From Tubulanus polymorphus (taxonomy: Eukaryota > Animalia > Nemertea), in the NCBI RefSeq assembly GCF_964204645.1, contig NC_134025.1, positions 10,044,001 to 10,108,000 on the forward strand: DNA of 64,000 nt. The letters are read 5' to 3'. Below are positions 1 through 13,403 of the stretch, piece after piece. Made by a program: the position numbers and the translations under genes. The notes under the pieces were generated by a model. That model was not told where the DNA came from. It did no database searches and was given only the letters and a program-made list of their open reading frames with translations. Within the stretch, counting starts at the first letter, position 1. Every line of letters starts with the position of its first letter.

Positions 1-1639
1 GCAATATTCTGATCCCAATATTTGGTTCGGGCCTGATCCGACGTTTTTGGGCACAGGCCCATTTGACACCCGTGTGAACAGTTGTCCCTGGGCCAAAAAT
101 GCTCCTGTGATTCAGTCGGTCCAAAGATGAACGAATCGTAATTACTACAAATAAATCATCCACACACAAACAGATCAAGACTAACTGTGTAAATGGATAC
201 AGGTATTTTTCTGATTATTCCATCTATTTCTACCGAATCATAAAACCACAATTCATTCGTATCTTACATTTTCAAAGGGTCGATAATAACAAAATATGTA
301 CTATAAGCGAATCTCCGAGTCAAACCGAACAAAATCAAATGCCGGATCTTCGCCCGCAGGAAAAGGCTTTAAGTACATTCCAAAAAGTAAAATGGCTAGG
401 AGGATTTGAATCTGTCGATTCACAGAATTTCAAGCATCTCCTCAAGGCTAAAGCTCTTGAGCAGAAGAAAAATAAGGGTAACACACCTACAAGACCTCTT
501 CGACAAACCCTGACATTATCACAGTGTATTATCGTGTCACTGGCTCGAAGTTCTGTAACTTGTTACGAGGACAGAGAAATATGCGCTGAAGGCTTTGAGG
601 CCAGTCACCTGCTCGAGCCGTGCACGAGCATTGTGCATCAGCACTGAGGTGTCCCATATTTAAAATACAACCCATCAAACGCGCACCGAGTACCCCCTGG
701 GCAGGCGCATAATAATGCGAGATTAAGCAATTATAACTTAGACAGTGACAGTATATTTCATTCAAAACACAATAAAAAGCGGTAAGGTCACAATTCCCCA
801 CCCTCCTTTATATACAATAAGATCATATACAGTCCATGCTGGTATGCCGCGACTTCTGACGTCCAGGACGCCGAGCGATATTCAATGCGCTCGAGTATCG
901 TTTGAGTACGGAGAAGCATGAAGTACATGTCTAAAAACAACCAGAATACACAAAGACCGGCAATGCCAAAAATTGAAAGTCGACTATTGAAACTATGTCC
1001 GCGCGAGAAGAAAGTCGCGGAGAAAAGAATATCGCCTTGTGTGTGTGTGTGCGCGTACACCTCCCGGAGTAACGGCAAACGAACGAACGTGTCAATCAAC
1101 TCTGTCAATCACGACGCACGACTCCATAATTGGCTCATAGATGCGAGAACCGCTTTGAATCCGTTTCGATCGATCGCCTCGCTGCAATGGACACTATATA
1201 CCGTCACAATAACCCGAATCATTAGAAATTATTTCTTAACAGGACGCTTCCTTAAACGCACTGTTTTACGCTTACGATTTTTTCCCGCGCCAGTAACTAT
1301 TAAAAAAAAAAAAAACACAAAGTACGAAACGAACAACTTCGCACGAAAGTCATGCCAATCATTTCGGATTAAGATCTTTTCCGTTTATTTCATTAGGTGG
1401 AATTAATGACGAGAAATACGCTGTAGTCGTTCGGCTTATCTCACCACAATGAATAGGTCGCGTTTGCGTAAACCCGATCATCGAGTTTCACCGAGACTCG
1501 CGACTAATTGAAGGTTAATCGAAAAGAAATGTCAGCTCTGAGGTCACAGCGTTCAGAAATTTCCGATACGCGACTTAGTCGGAGATGATATTTTTCGACG
1601 AGCAACACGTTTCGCTTGTTTTTAGAACACTTATTGGCC

Positions 1640-1903
1640 GGCGGCAAATTAGGCAAAATTGGGTAAAATTTGGCTGAATCGAAAATGTCGGCCCAGGCCA
1701 GAGCAAGGGTCTTCAATTTAGCGAGGGTCAAATCATTGTGTGTGAATTGCAACTGGTTACAGAAATGAATCACTTCGCTTTGTTTAAGCATTGTTTAGTA
1801 TCGAGTGAGTGGTTTACGTGTAAACGCGCTCTCTAATTAGGCACGGGCCAAGTTTAACTACGGGCCTGATCCCGGGCAAAATCGTCTCCGTGTGATGGCG
1901 GCT
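1640..1903 (-). mobile_element. Copy of the same Harbinger-like MITE family, reverse orientation
   Basis: Ends tcgtctccgtgtgatggcggct and contains the reverse complement of the internal aaacaatgcttaaacaaagcgaagtga block. Confidence 0.7.
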
Positions 1904-2849
1904 TAGAGAAAAAGCGTTTCATAAATATACGAATCAAAAATACGAAAGTTGACGCGAAGCCAGATGCGCGACGATTACATAGAAATTCGAATGCGGATCC
2001 GCGCTGCTGTGTCGAAAATAAAAATGTAACCGAGAGTTAGTTTTTTGTCTAATTACAATCGAACTGCTGTCACTCGGCGCGAGTTTACAATAAACGAAGA
2101 GACAACAATCGTCATATTCGCATTCGAATCATATTATATTACATATGCCAGCTGACAGCGCAACAACAGATATCGATGTAACGAAAGTAAAGCATTAAAA
2201 AGGATGTTTTTTGTACGCGAGATTACTGTAGACGTAGGTCCGCTATATCATCGTTCAGTCACGCGAGTCTGTACACTTTTCCCCCTCAGGTAGTCAATAT
2301 TTACTAGAAAATCATTGCCAATTCAACAGTTCACTCAACATTTTCACGTACGGTCAATGAAATGACAATGATTTTCTTAGTGAATATTGACTACATGAAA
2401 AAGTGAACAGTTGAATTGGCAATCTGGTGTGCTCAACGGTTGAAATCATATCACCGGTACCATGGAGTTTAAGTCCATGCCGGTACTTATGAAAGTTTCT
2501 ACATTCATTATAAGTGATGTCTCTAGGCCAGAAGAACTACATACGGTTATGCTTTCCAGACAATTTCATCGAGTCAACGAATGAAAAAGTGAACAGCGGA
2601 ATTGGCCATCTAGTTTGGTCAATATAGAAATCGAATTACTCAATTTTCTGCATATGTCAAAACAGACTTTGCAAACAGACTTACCGATGGACTCATGGAC
2701 ACTAAAACGGTTTAGCATCTACGATATGATGGATCATAAGAATTGCCTGCTAACTCTCTGCAGTAACAGTCTATATCAAGGAGGTATACATCAGTGGGTA
2801 GCCTTACAATAGACTTAAAACCTTTTCTCTGATTTCTGATTTCAAAATC

Positions 2850-2967
2850 AAACCCCTGTTTAGCTCCCGGCAGGTGTGGTGGGTTTGTAAGGGACACTGA
2901 ATGGAAACAAAAAATCAAATGAAATCTACCAATTAAATAAATAACAGGGTCAATCCCTGTTTTAAGA
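2850..2967 (+). repeat. Interspersed repeat (SINE-tail-like); second copy at ~54090-54203
   Basis: Shared ccggcaggtgtggtgggttt.taagggacac...aaaaaatcaaa...taccaat..aataaataac.gggtcaatccct.ttttaaga. Confidence 0.7.
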
Positions 2968-4793
2968 AAAAAGAACTCTTCTCCACCATCTCCGTCAATC
3001 AATTTCCTTGTTTGCGCAGCTCGATTTCGGAATGTACGGAACAAAAATATAACTGTAAGTTTAGGGACACCTGGATTTCAGCGCAACAAGCTGGACAAAT
3101 TTTGGCTATCTGATTTAAGAATACAGGATTAATTAATTCTGACTCTTCAAAGTCATACACCATGAATTCATATCAGTATAAAAGCCTGGCCAACGAAAGT
3201 GTGTGTTCTATGATATAGGCAATTATCATTACTCACCCGACCGTCAAATAGTTAATATATCTGTGATAATTGAAATGAGTTTAATAACTCGCTGGCCAGA
3301 CATTTTGTCACCAACACGCCGACTGAACCAACCCTGCTAGCAATGAGCCATGAGTAGCCAACTCGAAAGTCACTCAACAGTAAAAATGAAATCGAACAAG
3401 TGTGGAAATAGTAGAGAATTGAACTTTTCATTGTGGTAAACCTCTAGCGGAAGGCAACTTTTGTCCACAGCAATAGAACAGTACTGTTTGCATGTTCCTG
3501 CCTGACAGCAACCTAAATATAGACCATGAATGCTATCAATGTAGAAGATAATATCAAAGACAAACCCTCTAGAATGGGAGCATATTTTTGGAGAATAAAT
3601 TATCTTTAAACCTTTATTATTATTATCATTATGATTATTATTATATCTCTGTTCTTGCACCTTGCACCCGTATGCACCATGCACAGGGTCCAGTGCCTTA
3701 ATTCTAAGTACAGCCAGCCCACTAACACTGGATCCTTTATAACCATCTAGTGCTTTCTAAATCTATCCAGATATTAAATTGTATGTATGGATTATGAAAA
3801 AATAAATACACTATACTAAACCATTCCAGGCCATTTTGGAGGAAAATAAATCCATGTTGATTCAAAAAGTATGTACCGTACCTCAAAATCTTTCCATCTT
3901 CTCTCCTGAAAGAACGCACTTTTTGAAAGCTCTCTCATTCAGTAGTTCTGTAGTTCTCCAATTTATAATTGAAAACCACTCACTTTCAAATCTGCAGGCC
4001 CCCCCCCCCCCCGGAGAGAAACCTGGAGGGCATGCCCACGGTTCCGCCCCCCTCGAAGAATAAGCGACTAAGTTAAAAGAATACATTTATAAATGCTCAT
4101 TATCTTTAGAACCATATGGATTTGTCAAGAACAACTCATCCAGATGCTGTTTCTTCCACAGTAGTCTCAATCACCGAAACACGACATTGCCATTTGTAAC
4201 TTTGAAAAAAACATTTCAAAACATGTCCGGAAAGAAACAAAAACCGGCGATTACGGATTATGAAAAAAAAATGATTTTACAGACTTTTGCAAGAAGAAAA
4301 AAAAACAAGACGCGACCGATATTCGAATAATGTGTTTAAAAGAAAGTTAACGACAAAAACGAAAAGAAACAAACAGATTGACGACCGAATCACCAGAGAT
4401 GAAGGATTCCCAAGGAGGCTGATTCCTGAGGAGGCAGATACCCTCGATACGGCGTATATGATTAGCCTAACAAATTTACCGTGAAACCAGGAAAAAATAC
4501 GACCACAATGAAAGCATCTGTGATTTACACGCTTCGCCGATGCGTTTCATTTCGTTTAATCGACGGAGTGGAAGAATCATAATCGCCGCGCCCCGTATTA
4601 TAACCATCACAATTAAATATGAATCCGAACACGACGAACTGTAACCTGTAATTTAGCCATCAGCAGCGGCACTTCAAGCAGCTGCTCAGTTGACTGGTAA
4701 TTGGTCAATAGAAACAACACCGACGACGAGACCGTCCACTTTCCATAAGTTTATCATGCTTGCTTCTCTGAGATGTAAGGCACTGCTTACACT

Positions 4794-5425
4794 TAGTATG
4801 AATTTGTAATCTCTCAACTGGAGTGCCACTCAGAGCATTTGCGAGGGTCCGGAGTGTCTTTTTGCCTTCTAAAGGCAAGACACTGCAGGGGCGGATCAAG
4901 GGTCTGATTCGAGGAGTGGGCCCCCAAAATTGGGTACATCATATTATCAAAAGGGCACCCCGAAAGAAAACTCGTGGGGAAACATTAACTCATTTTTGGA
5001 AATACGGATAAAAAGATTATGAATTTAAAGTATCAGTTAAATATTGTTAATTTTGCCATAAAATTTCAGGGCAACTATAGTACGAATTCGTAATCTCTCA
5101 CCACTCAGGACATTTGCAGGGTAGAGGGTTTCTTTGCGCCTTCTAAAAGTGAGGAGCTGCAGGGGCGGATCTAGGGTCTGATTGAGGGAGGGGTTCACCC
5201 CCCAAAATGGGGCATTTCAATCATATAGCTATAAGGGCACCTGATCATGGGAAAACATTACCTCATTTTTGGAAATACAGAGAACAAGTTAATGAATTCA
5301 AACTTCATTAGGTTATTAGGTATCAGTTAAATATTCTTCTTCATTTTCCTGTAAAATTTTAGGGTAACTTGCCATTTTGTAGTGGGGATGCGCGCACGAT
5401 ACACCCTCCCTTTTGATCTGCCCCG
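4794..5425 (+). repeat. Diverged ~285-bp tandem duplication that includes the left end of a hAT-like MITE
   Basis: Two collinear blocks (gtaatctctca...gccttctaaa...tgcaggggcggatc.agggtctgatt...ctcatttttggaaatac...gtatcagttaaatatt) start at ~4794 and ~5079. The second is closed by gatctgcccc at ~5415-5424. Confidence 0.75.
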
Positions 5426-6463
5426 GCGCTGGAGAAGAACTAACTATTGATGAAGGAGTTCAGCTACCAGCCACTGCGATTTTAAACCAAGGGCTAGTAT
5501 CCGATAGCTAACACTCAAGCTACCGCACCTCTAATGCCTAAAACGTTCAGATTTTCTCCATAACGAAACATTGGTTGTTATTACAAATAGTGTTATAATA
5601 AAGGATCATGTCAGGTTTACGCATTGTGCGTATGTATCATAGAAAGAATTCGGCGAGAACATTTTTGCACCCGTTCTCTTTTTATCCCCAACCCTTCGCA
5701 ATATTGAATATACAGCCCGACAACGACGACGACGCATTGTCATCATTATATGAGATCATATGAAAAAAGAGAATGTTTTTTTAATTAAAGCGAATATTCA
5801 TGAAAAGTAGGTTTTGTTGTCCCCGTCTCTCTCTCTCCCTCGTCCGGCGCAGCAGCGTTTTGAAACGAAGCGCGCATAAGACCGGCGTATTCATCGATGT
5901 CAGCGGGGAGCTGTACCAGTTTGGGAATGGTGAAAAGCAAGCATATGGGGGCTTTGTCGTATGGTTCGGGTCACCCCCACAAGCGTAAAAGACCGATTTC
6001 CCAGCCTTTATGCGGGGCATAGCTCGCAAAATAACAACATACCATCGCGTAGCATGTGAGTTTATATGAATCTAATTACATGTTAATGATAGTAAATTGC
6101 ATTCGCCGTTCGAATCGACCCCGAAAGAAAAAGCTAGAAATTGATAGTCGGAGGGGGGGGTGAGGGTTTTAGCAGCATCAAACAACTCGTTTTAGTTTTA
6201 TGAAGTATGATAGATCCTTTGATCAACTCGGATCAACTCCGGACGTTTGTCGAGATATTTTTCGTGACACTATCTTAAGAAATGCATCACACCCAACTCG
6301 CATATCAGCTAAGTCGCGACACATTCTTACGGTCCCAAAAGGTCCGGAATGGACCGGAGCGGAGTCTACCCGTATAATAGGAATAATAAATATGTAGTAG
6401 ATGAATACATTTTTCATTCTAGATCGTTATTTTGCAATCTTTCCGTCCTCGGCTGAATCCCTG

Positions 6464-6571
6464 GATCCAGTTCCGCGGTCGTGAGTTAAATTTGACTCCA
6501 GAGTTAAAACGTTCAAAACGAACTGATTTCAACTCGGAGTTAACTCTAATTCACTACCGTGGAACCGGACC
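6464..6571. mobile_element. Short MITE with CTG target-site duplication; second copy at ~12935-13046
   Basis: gatccagttccgcgg...ccgtggaaccggacc flanked by ctg/ctg. The internal gtgagtt.aaatttgactcc.gagtt block is shared with the 12.9-kb copy. Confidence 0.7.
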
Positions 6572-9500
6572 CTGAGGATTTGTAACTGAAGCGCAGCCGC
6601 CTCGTAACGATACACGACCGCTTATCGGATATCGAGACCCAAATTAGATATTTTGTCGTGGACATAACCTTGGAATCAACATATTAAATTAACTAAACCA
6701 CACGTCCCTGATATAACAAACAGCTCGTCTGTGGCGACTGTATGTACCCAGCCGTGTCTTACATTTAGTTGTTTTTAACTCGGATGAATTCGAATAATTA
6801 TTCGTTTAGTTCCTTAGTTGTTCAGCTTGGACGCAATTTGAATAGTGATTTTGAATTCGGAAAAAAATTCTTCGGTTCACAACAACAATTTGTAGCGCTG
6901 ATGGTACGTTGATCTATATTGAAACCGCCTAGTTTCAGATGTGATTTTTTAGTTAGTTTTTTTTAAATTTCGATTTATAATATCGAGATAGATCTAGTCG
7001 AGTTTTGTAGTTATCTCGACCGAACTCATCAAACCAATGAATTCAATGCAAACACCGAATTGATTGATGCAACCTTCAAATAGTTCCATCATCAAAAGAC
7101 GGCTGTAAAATGCAAATTTGAAAATTTGCCGTAAAAACCGTGTATTTTAATCCGATCGACTGAAACTCGCATGATGACTTCATGTCGCCGATGTATTGTA
7201 TAATGCTAACATGATGCATTGTATAATGCTAACATAATGCACGCTAACAATCAAACATCAAGAGTGATTTAACCATAAAAATCTCTGTTACCGCGAGCGC
7301 AGAAAAGAATCAATTTCACTTACAAGCTGTTTTGCATTTTATGTCGAAGTGCAGTCTCATGTCCTCGCGTCCGTCTGCAAAGTCAGAGTTCACCATTTCG
7401 TTCTCTTTGATCCTTTGAACGCGCGGATCGACGTGATGAATATGGCAGTCGCAGAACACTAACTATCCGGACTTCGGATATCTTGAAAGTCGTCGCTTTG
7501 ATCAGGGAACGAATCATAAGAATAATCCAATTTTTAGAATCCAATAGCAAAAAGCAAAAAAAAAAACTGCTAAAAATGTCGACCATTCTTACCAAAAAAA
7601 AACATCGTTCATACTCATAGATAGAAAAGAAACATATTATGACCAGAGGAATTCATTCGAGTCAGGAATGTTTTTCTTAATTCTAAATTCCATCTCATAA
7701 GTTCATTTACAAAAAAATACCACTGATTTACCCCCTTATGAAAGAATGAATACCGAAGCCGAGAAACCTTCCATTATGAGAGGACAGCAGAAAATATTTC
7801 TAAATATTTCTAAATATTCTAAATATTTAAGGCTGAAAAAGTTGATACCTTTCTTTCTCATTTCTGTTTTGCTTAAAAGTTGCCTGTGCAACAATGTTTT
7901 TCAAAATCATGATCGAGCTAGCAATAACAGACCCGGCAGTTATAATAGAAATGAACTGATTACAATTTTCATTACAGCTTACAAAATGACCCGGCCGATT
8001 AGGAGAAACAAGGTTATCATTTTTAATAACTTCTAATTTAATAACTGCTTTTTTTTCATCACGTACATCATTAAATCATATCTTGTTAGCCTCATGTCTG
8101 GTACACGGATGACTGTGTTTAAACGTGGCGAAATGTGGCAAAATTTAATTTTCCGTCATTGACACGGCTCTTTGTATTGTGTCTATTTGCTTTTTACGAA
8201 TAACAATTTCATCAACGCGAACCCGAACATTTACACATCACTCGTCCACTTCGACGACGGGGCCCGGGGTTTCGAGCATCCCCCAAAAAGTCAAGAGGTT
8301 CGAATAATATTTCCAAACGAAAACTAAACACGATCCCCATCCAGGATCCGCCGGATGTCAAATATAGCATAGGTACTGTTCAAATTTACCGAACAAAGAT
8401 TCATATCTTAACGCGTCGAGTTATCTGATTCGATCAACTTTGAATGAAAAGAATATTCAAGCTACCGATATATAACACGTCATTAGCGCTTGTTCGCCCT
8501 ACAAAACAAACACGACGAAGTACCAAAAGGAATTGTTGAACCGGTATATGTGTACATATTTTCCCTCGATTGTAACGCGATTACAAGCAATAATTTCCCG
8601 GTTCACAATCGAATAAAAAAGATATCGTCATATACGATGTGTTTTACCAGTCATTCAAAAAAAAAAAGAATTGACTTTAATTCTTAAGTTCGTAAAGGTT
8701 TTCGAGTACCTCTCAAGATCCAAATAGAAGTCGTTACGGGGGAAAACCGCCAATTTCTGCGCGTTAGTTACATATTTACCGAAGATATCAAAACGGAGAA
8801 GAATTCATATTTACAAATATATATGAATCTTTTTTCGCGAAGGTACAGCTACAGATAAGCATAACAGCTGAAACTACGAACAAACCTAAAACATGGATGT
8901 TGACACTGCGTCACATGGATCGATTGTCGAGTAGTACCTCCCGGCAAACCCATCGAGTACGGGCAAAATTTAAGCAAAAATATATAATGAAGGATATATG
9001 ATTTTCGGAAAATGAATTTTCAACTGAAGGAATGATGATTCCATCAGCACGCGTAGAGGACGGAGCTACCGTAACGGGAAAAAATGGCTGCTATGATTCA
9101 TATCAAGATAATGAAATCAATCACATTCAAACTACGATTCAGGTTGTTTCAAGTGAAAGATTTAGATCAACTTTTGTCGCTCATCTACCGAGTTCACTTA
9201 CAGCTAGAGTACTGAGAAGTGTAAAGAAAACTTTTCTAACATAACCACTAATTTGAAAAGTAAGTACGCTTTATTGATTCAATGACTAGTCAAATCCATC
9301 GAATCTGATTTAGTTTTTGGCAAAATTAAGCAATTAATATTTTCCACTTCAACGAAATCAAATTCATGATTCCATCATCCAATAACGGTAATTTTCATCA
9401 AACTTCATACAATTCGAGTAAACACACCAATTTTCGCTATTTGCAGTGATGAAAGCTGATTTCGATATCGAAATATCCGCAGTATAATTTCGATACAGCT

Positions 9501-12500
9501 GTTAAAGCAGTCTGTCTCGCGATTAAATAAAACGCCGCCCGATCATACAGCAGTGACAAACATAACCAAATAAAAAACATGTTAGAAATTACAATTTTGC
9601 TGAAAACATCATCGTGAACTGTACCGGATTTTTAACAGCCGGCCGTGACCATGTTTGACAAATACATTTACGCGTACATTTGTGACAAAATGTTGAGTTC
9701 TCAGAAAAATTCATTCAGTTGTACTTCATTTTGAAAACCGATTCAATAATTGCTTCCGAGCTTATGTATCATCCAACAAAACTTTGAATGTAAGGAATTA
9801 TAGGACATAGGAATCATAGGATACTATTCCTAAAGCTGCAATGATGCCCGATTGCGTATGTCATTACTTCTTCGGTCCATAAGTCACCTTAGACCGTGAG
9901 ACTGGTCCTAGGTTGTTAGATAGGCTACGAAACCGAGACTGTTCTTACTGGGTCAATGGGTCGATGGGTCAAATTTCACAGTAGAGACTCGAGTCCAAAC
10001 TGGAACTTAAAACCGGACTGAATTCGTTATAGAGAATAGAAATGGGCATATTTCTCTCAAGGTTCTAAATGTAAGCCCTCGCCGACTGCGGCAATAAACT
10101 GTGATTGACCAATTCAACGGTGACTTACCTGATTCCATAGCGCGTCTCAGACACCTGTTTTCGTAGTGATAACCGATCAGTCGCTGTCCTCACTTTTCCC
10201 TTACTCGGGCACTGACGTGTATTCCGCTGTTCCGCAAAACGACCCGACACGTTGACCTTTATTCGCCGATAATACTCCCCTAAGACATCGCTAGCTCGAG
10301 CCGACAGGCAGCGAAAAAAAAAACGACGGCGATCCACAAGCCAAATACGCATTAAGCCCTAACACGGATTTCAACGCGATTAAAGCATTTTTTCGAGACT
10401 CATCGACGAATTTATGGCGATACTCGCGCACGAGATGCTGTACGTCAACGAAGCCAACGTCGTCGTCGTGATTTGCACATGCTCGATCACCATGGCAGTT
10501 TTAAGCTCAGCCCATCCGACGAAGAAGGATGGCCATTGTGAAACGCACTATTAGCATATGAAACACGACGCAAAAGCTTGAATGTATTAGCACCGGTGAG
10601 ATCTTCCTATTGAGCGCGGAAAACGCCGATATTTCCACCCACCTCGCACCAAGACGATACTCGGTTATTCTTACGCCACAATGTATAATATCGTTATTTC
10701 ATGCATAAAACTCAATAGTGCTTTAAATCAATTTTTTATCAATACATTGAAGCACCGCGATTTTTCAGAAAAGAGAGTTGTAATTTGGAGTTGAAAATTT
10801 CTTCCCCTCAATTAAAGTGATTATTTTCAATTCAAGCAAAAAGCTTCATCTATATATATTCTATCTTATAAACTGCGCATTTATGATGTATAAAAGTGCA
10901 ATTTCATTGATTTTGGAAAGGTCAATTATGAAGATGTTTGTCAACATATTCTATCAATTTCGCCCATTAGCCTAATCAACTATTTTCAAACTAAACCAAC
11001 TTTTTATATATTCTTATTTCTGCATTTCTATATTTCTATTTATTTTCTGGTATGGCTGAAATTGTAGAACTGTCCAAATTAATGCCCTTAAATTCACAAA
11101 TTGTTTTCCTAAATATCAACGTACTTCAAAATCTAATTTCTGCGTTTCAAAATTTCGAGTGAAATCGCTTTAATTGAATTTCGAACAATTCCACTTTCAT
11201 ACAAACACGAAATCTGATCAGCATCCCGAGACACTTTTTGCTCGAATCTGCTTGGAGACCTCAGTTCAACGATCAAAAGAAAAGTTTGCATAAAGGAAAA
11301 TTGCAGGTACCCATAATTATGCCACTGTTGAACAACAGTGAGTGACCCTTCAGCGAAATTATCATCACCTTTTGTGAGAAAGTCCACTTCCAATAAGTCA
11401 CTATGTGGGTTTTCAACAACAGCCTCGAACTTGTTATTGCGTTTTTATTTCTCTTCGCCAGAGAAAAAGAGCCACAAAACGCAGTATAATAATGAGAAGG
11501 GGGCGCAAGAGCCTGACAATGCCGAACAAGGGGAAAATCGTTGTTAACGCCGAAAATGAAAAGAGTCTAACACACTTCAGGTTACAATACCACTCAGCAA
11601 AATCCATCATTCGTCCGTATTCCCAAGATCCGAAACCAGCGGAGGATGAAATAGGAGCAGCGAGATAACAATGACGCGCGCATGAGTTTACTATTAGGGT
11701 TACTCTCACACCTTAGTGACCGCATACTGACCACTTGAAGTCCACCTAACCGAAAGTCCAACGTCGACCAGATTGTCGCGTTTACTAATACCATTGTTGC
11801 CACGGTCAGTTTTCATTTCCAAGACAACCGAACGACCATCAAGCACATGCACCGAAGTGTTTTCAAACACGCCTTGAAGCAGTGTTTAGCGCGGATTAAG
11901 CGTGGCTTTAATCCCCCCAAAATTCAGGGTTCAAATGAAAGATGCCAAGCGCAATAATCCAATCCGATATACCTAGTATGATTCACACCACATCGGATAG
12001 CTAAATACGTATCAAGCCTGAAGCCATTTGAATTTGTGGTTCACCATTCAAACAGATCCTGGTCTGGAGGGAATGTCCCATATGTGCTAGTTACAGGTGG
12101 GACAAAACCGAAATGAGACTTCCCATGATGCATATTCTTAGGGTATGCCCATGGACTATACGTCCAAGGTAGGGTACGCCAAACCTAGGTCCACTACGAG
12201 TCACCCAGGCTCACTATGGCATGGAATATAACGATTATATTTTTCACATATAAAACTGACAATGCGATGAATTTCGAAGGCTCCCTTAGCACGGCTGAAA
12301 CAAAACAAATGCCTCCAACTATCGCAAGTTCTTTGTCCATGGAAAACCAAAAAACTCAAAAGATTTTATGTCTAAAAAATCTCATAATTTAGAAACATTT
12401 TGCAACTTACCGCATACGACATCTTTTGAGAAAAGCTCCACTGATTTCGAAGACAATATTCACTGCTTTATCCATTCCTCTGAAAATTTAAGACCATTTA

Positions 12501-13403
12501 CCATGAATTAATGAATTCACAATAAATCCAGGTGAAACATTGTGGTTTATGGTGTTATCAGTTATAGTTTGTGTATCTGATCATATTCTGATTGTCAGAT
12601 TTCTCCATTTTCTGAACTGTGAGATGTGTTGTATCTGCAACAGAACAGCAAAGGAGTGGTTACTAATGTATGAATTAATCATTTCTCTGTATACGCACAT
12701 AATAAGAAAAAAAGGTACATAATACACACATCATACACGTGTCTGTTTAGATGTGTAAAACAGTGAAAAAATGACATATCCATTGTTGACTTTATTCACT
12801 GGAAGACAAAAATGTCTCAATGCGCAGCTCAATAGATCATCGGATATTCAAAACACAAAAAAATTCAGAGAAGTTGATTTCGTTGCAATCGTATATAATG
12901 ATATTTCTGAGCCAAAATTTCAATCGAACATAAAGGACCCAAATCCACAGTTGTGAGTTGAAATTTGACTCCGGAGTTTAAACTTTGAAAATGAACTAAT
13001 TCTAACTCAAGAGTTAACTGTAACTCAGAACTGTGGAACTGGATCCAGAACTGCCAACTTTTGTACTGAAGATGGTTATTTATCATTGAAGAAAACTACA
13101 TTAACAATTCACGATTAGGTTTGAAGAGTCAATAGTCAATTTGGAATGGTATTTTTGCCCGTGTGAACGCTTGGTCCAGTCTAAATTGGACTGGACCAAA
13201 TCTAGACCGGTCTAAATTTCGTCGCGTGAATGCGCCTAATGATTCGATCGAACGACATCAAAATAGATCAGTAACAACACGCATTACACAAATCATAACT
13301 GATGCAAAATGATCATACGACAGTCACGTTTTAAGTACGTCATTAACGGTAAGTAATGCGTAAGACAGTGTTAATTAGGAAGTGAGTGTGACTTCACAAG
13401 TCG

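Noticed and set aside
2426-5532. tRNA-like A/B-box stretches at ~2426-2480 (+) and ~5455-5532 (-)
   Set aside because: The boxes are degenerate and no cloverleaf forms. At most they are SINE head remnants, not tRNA genes.
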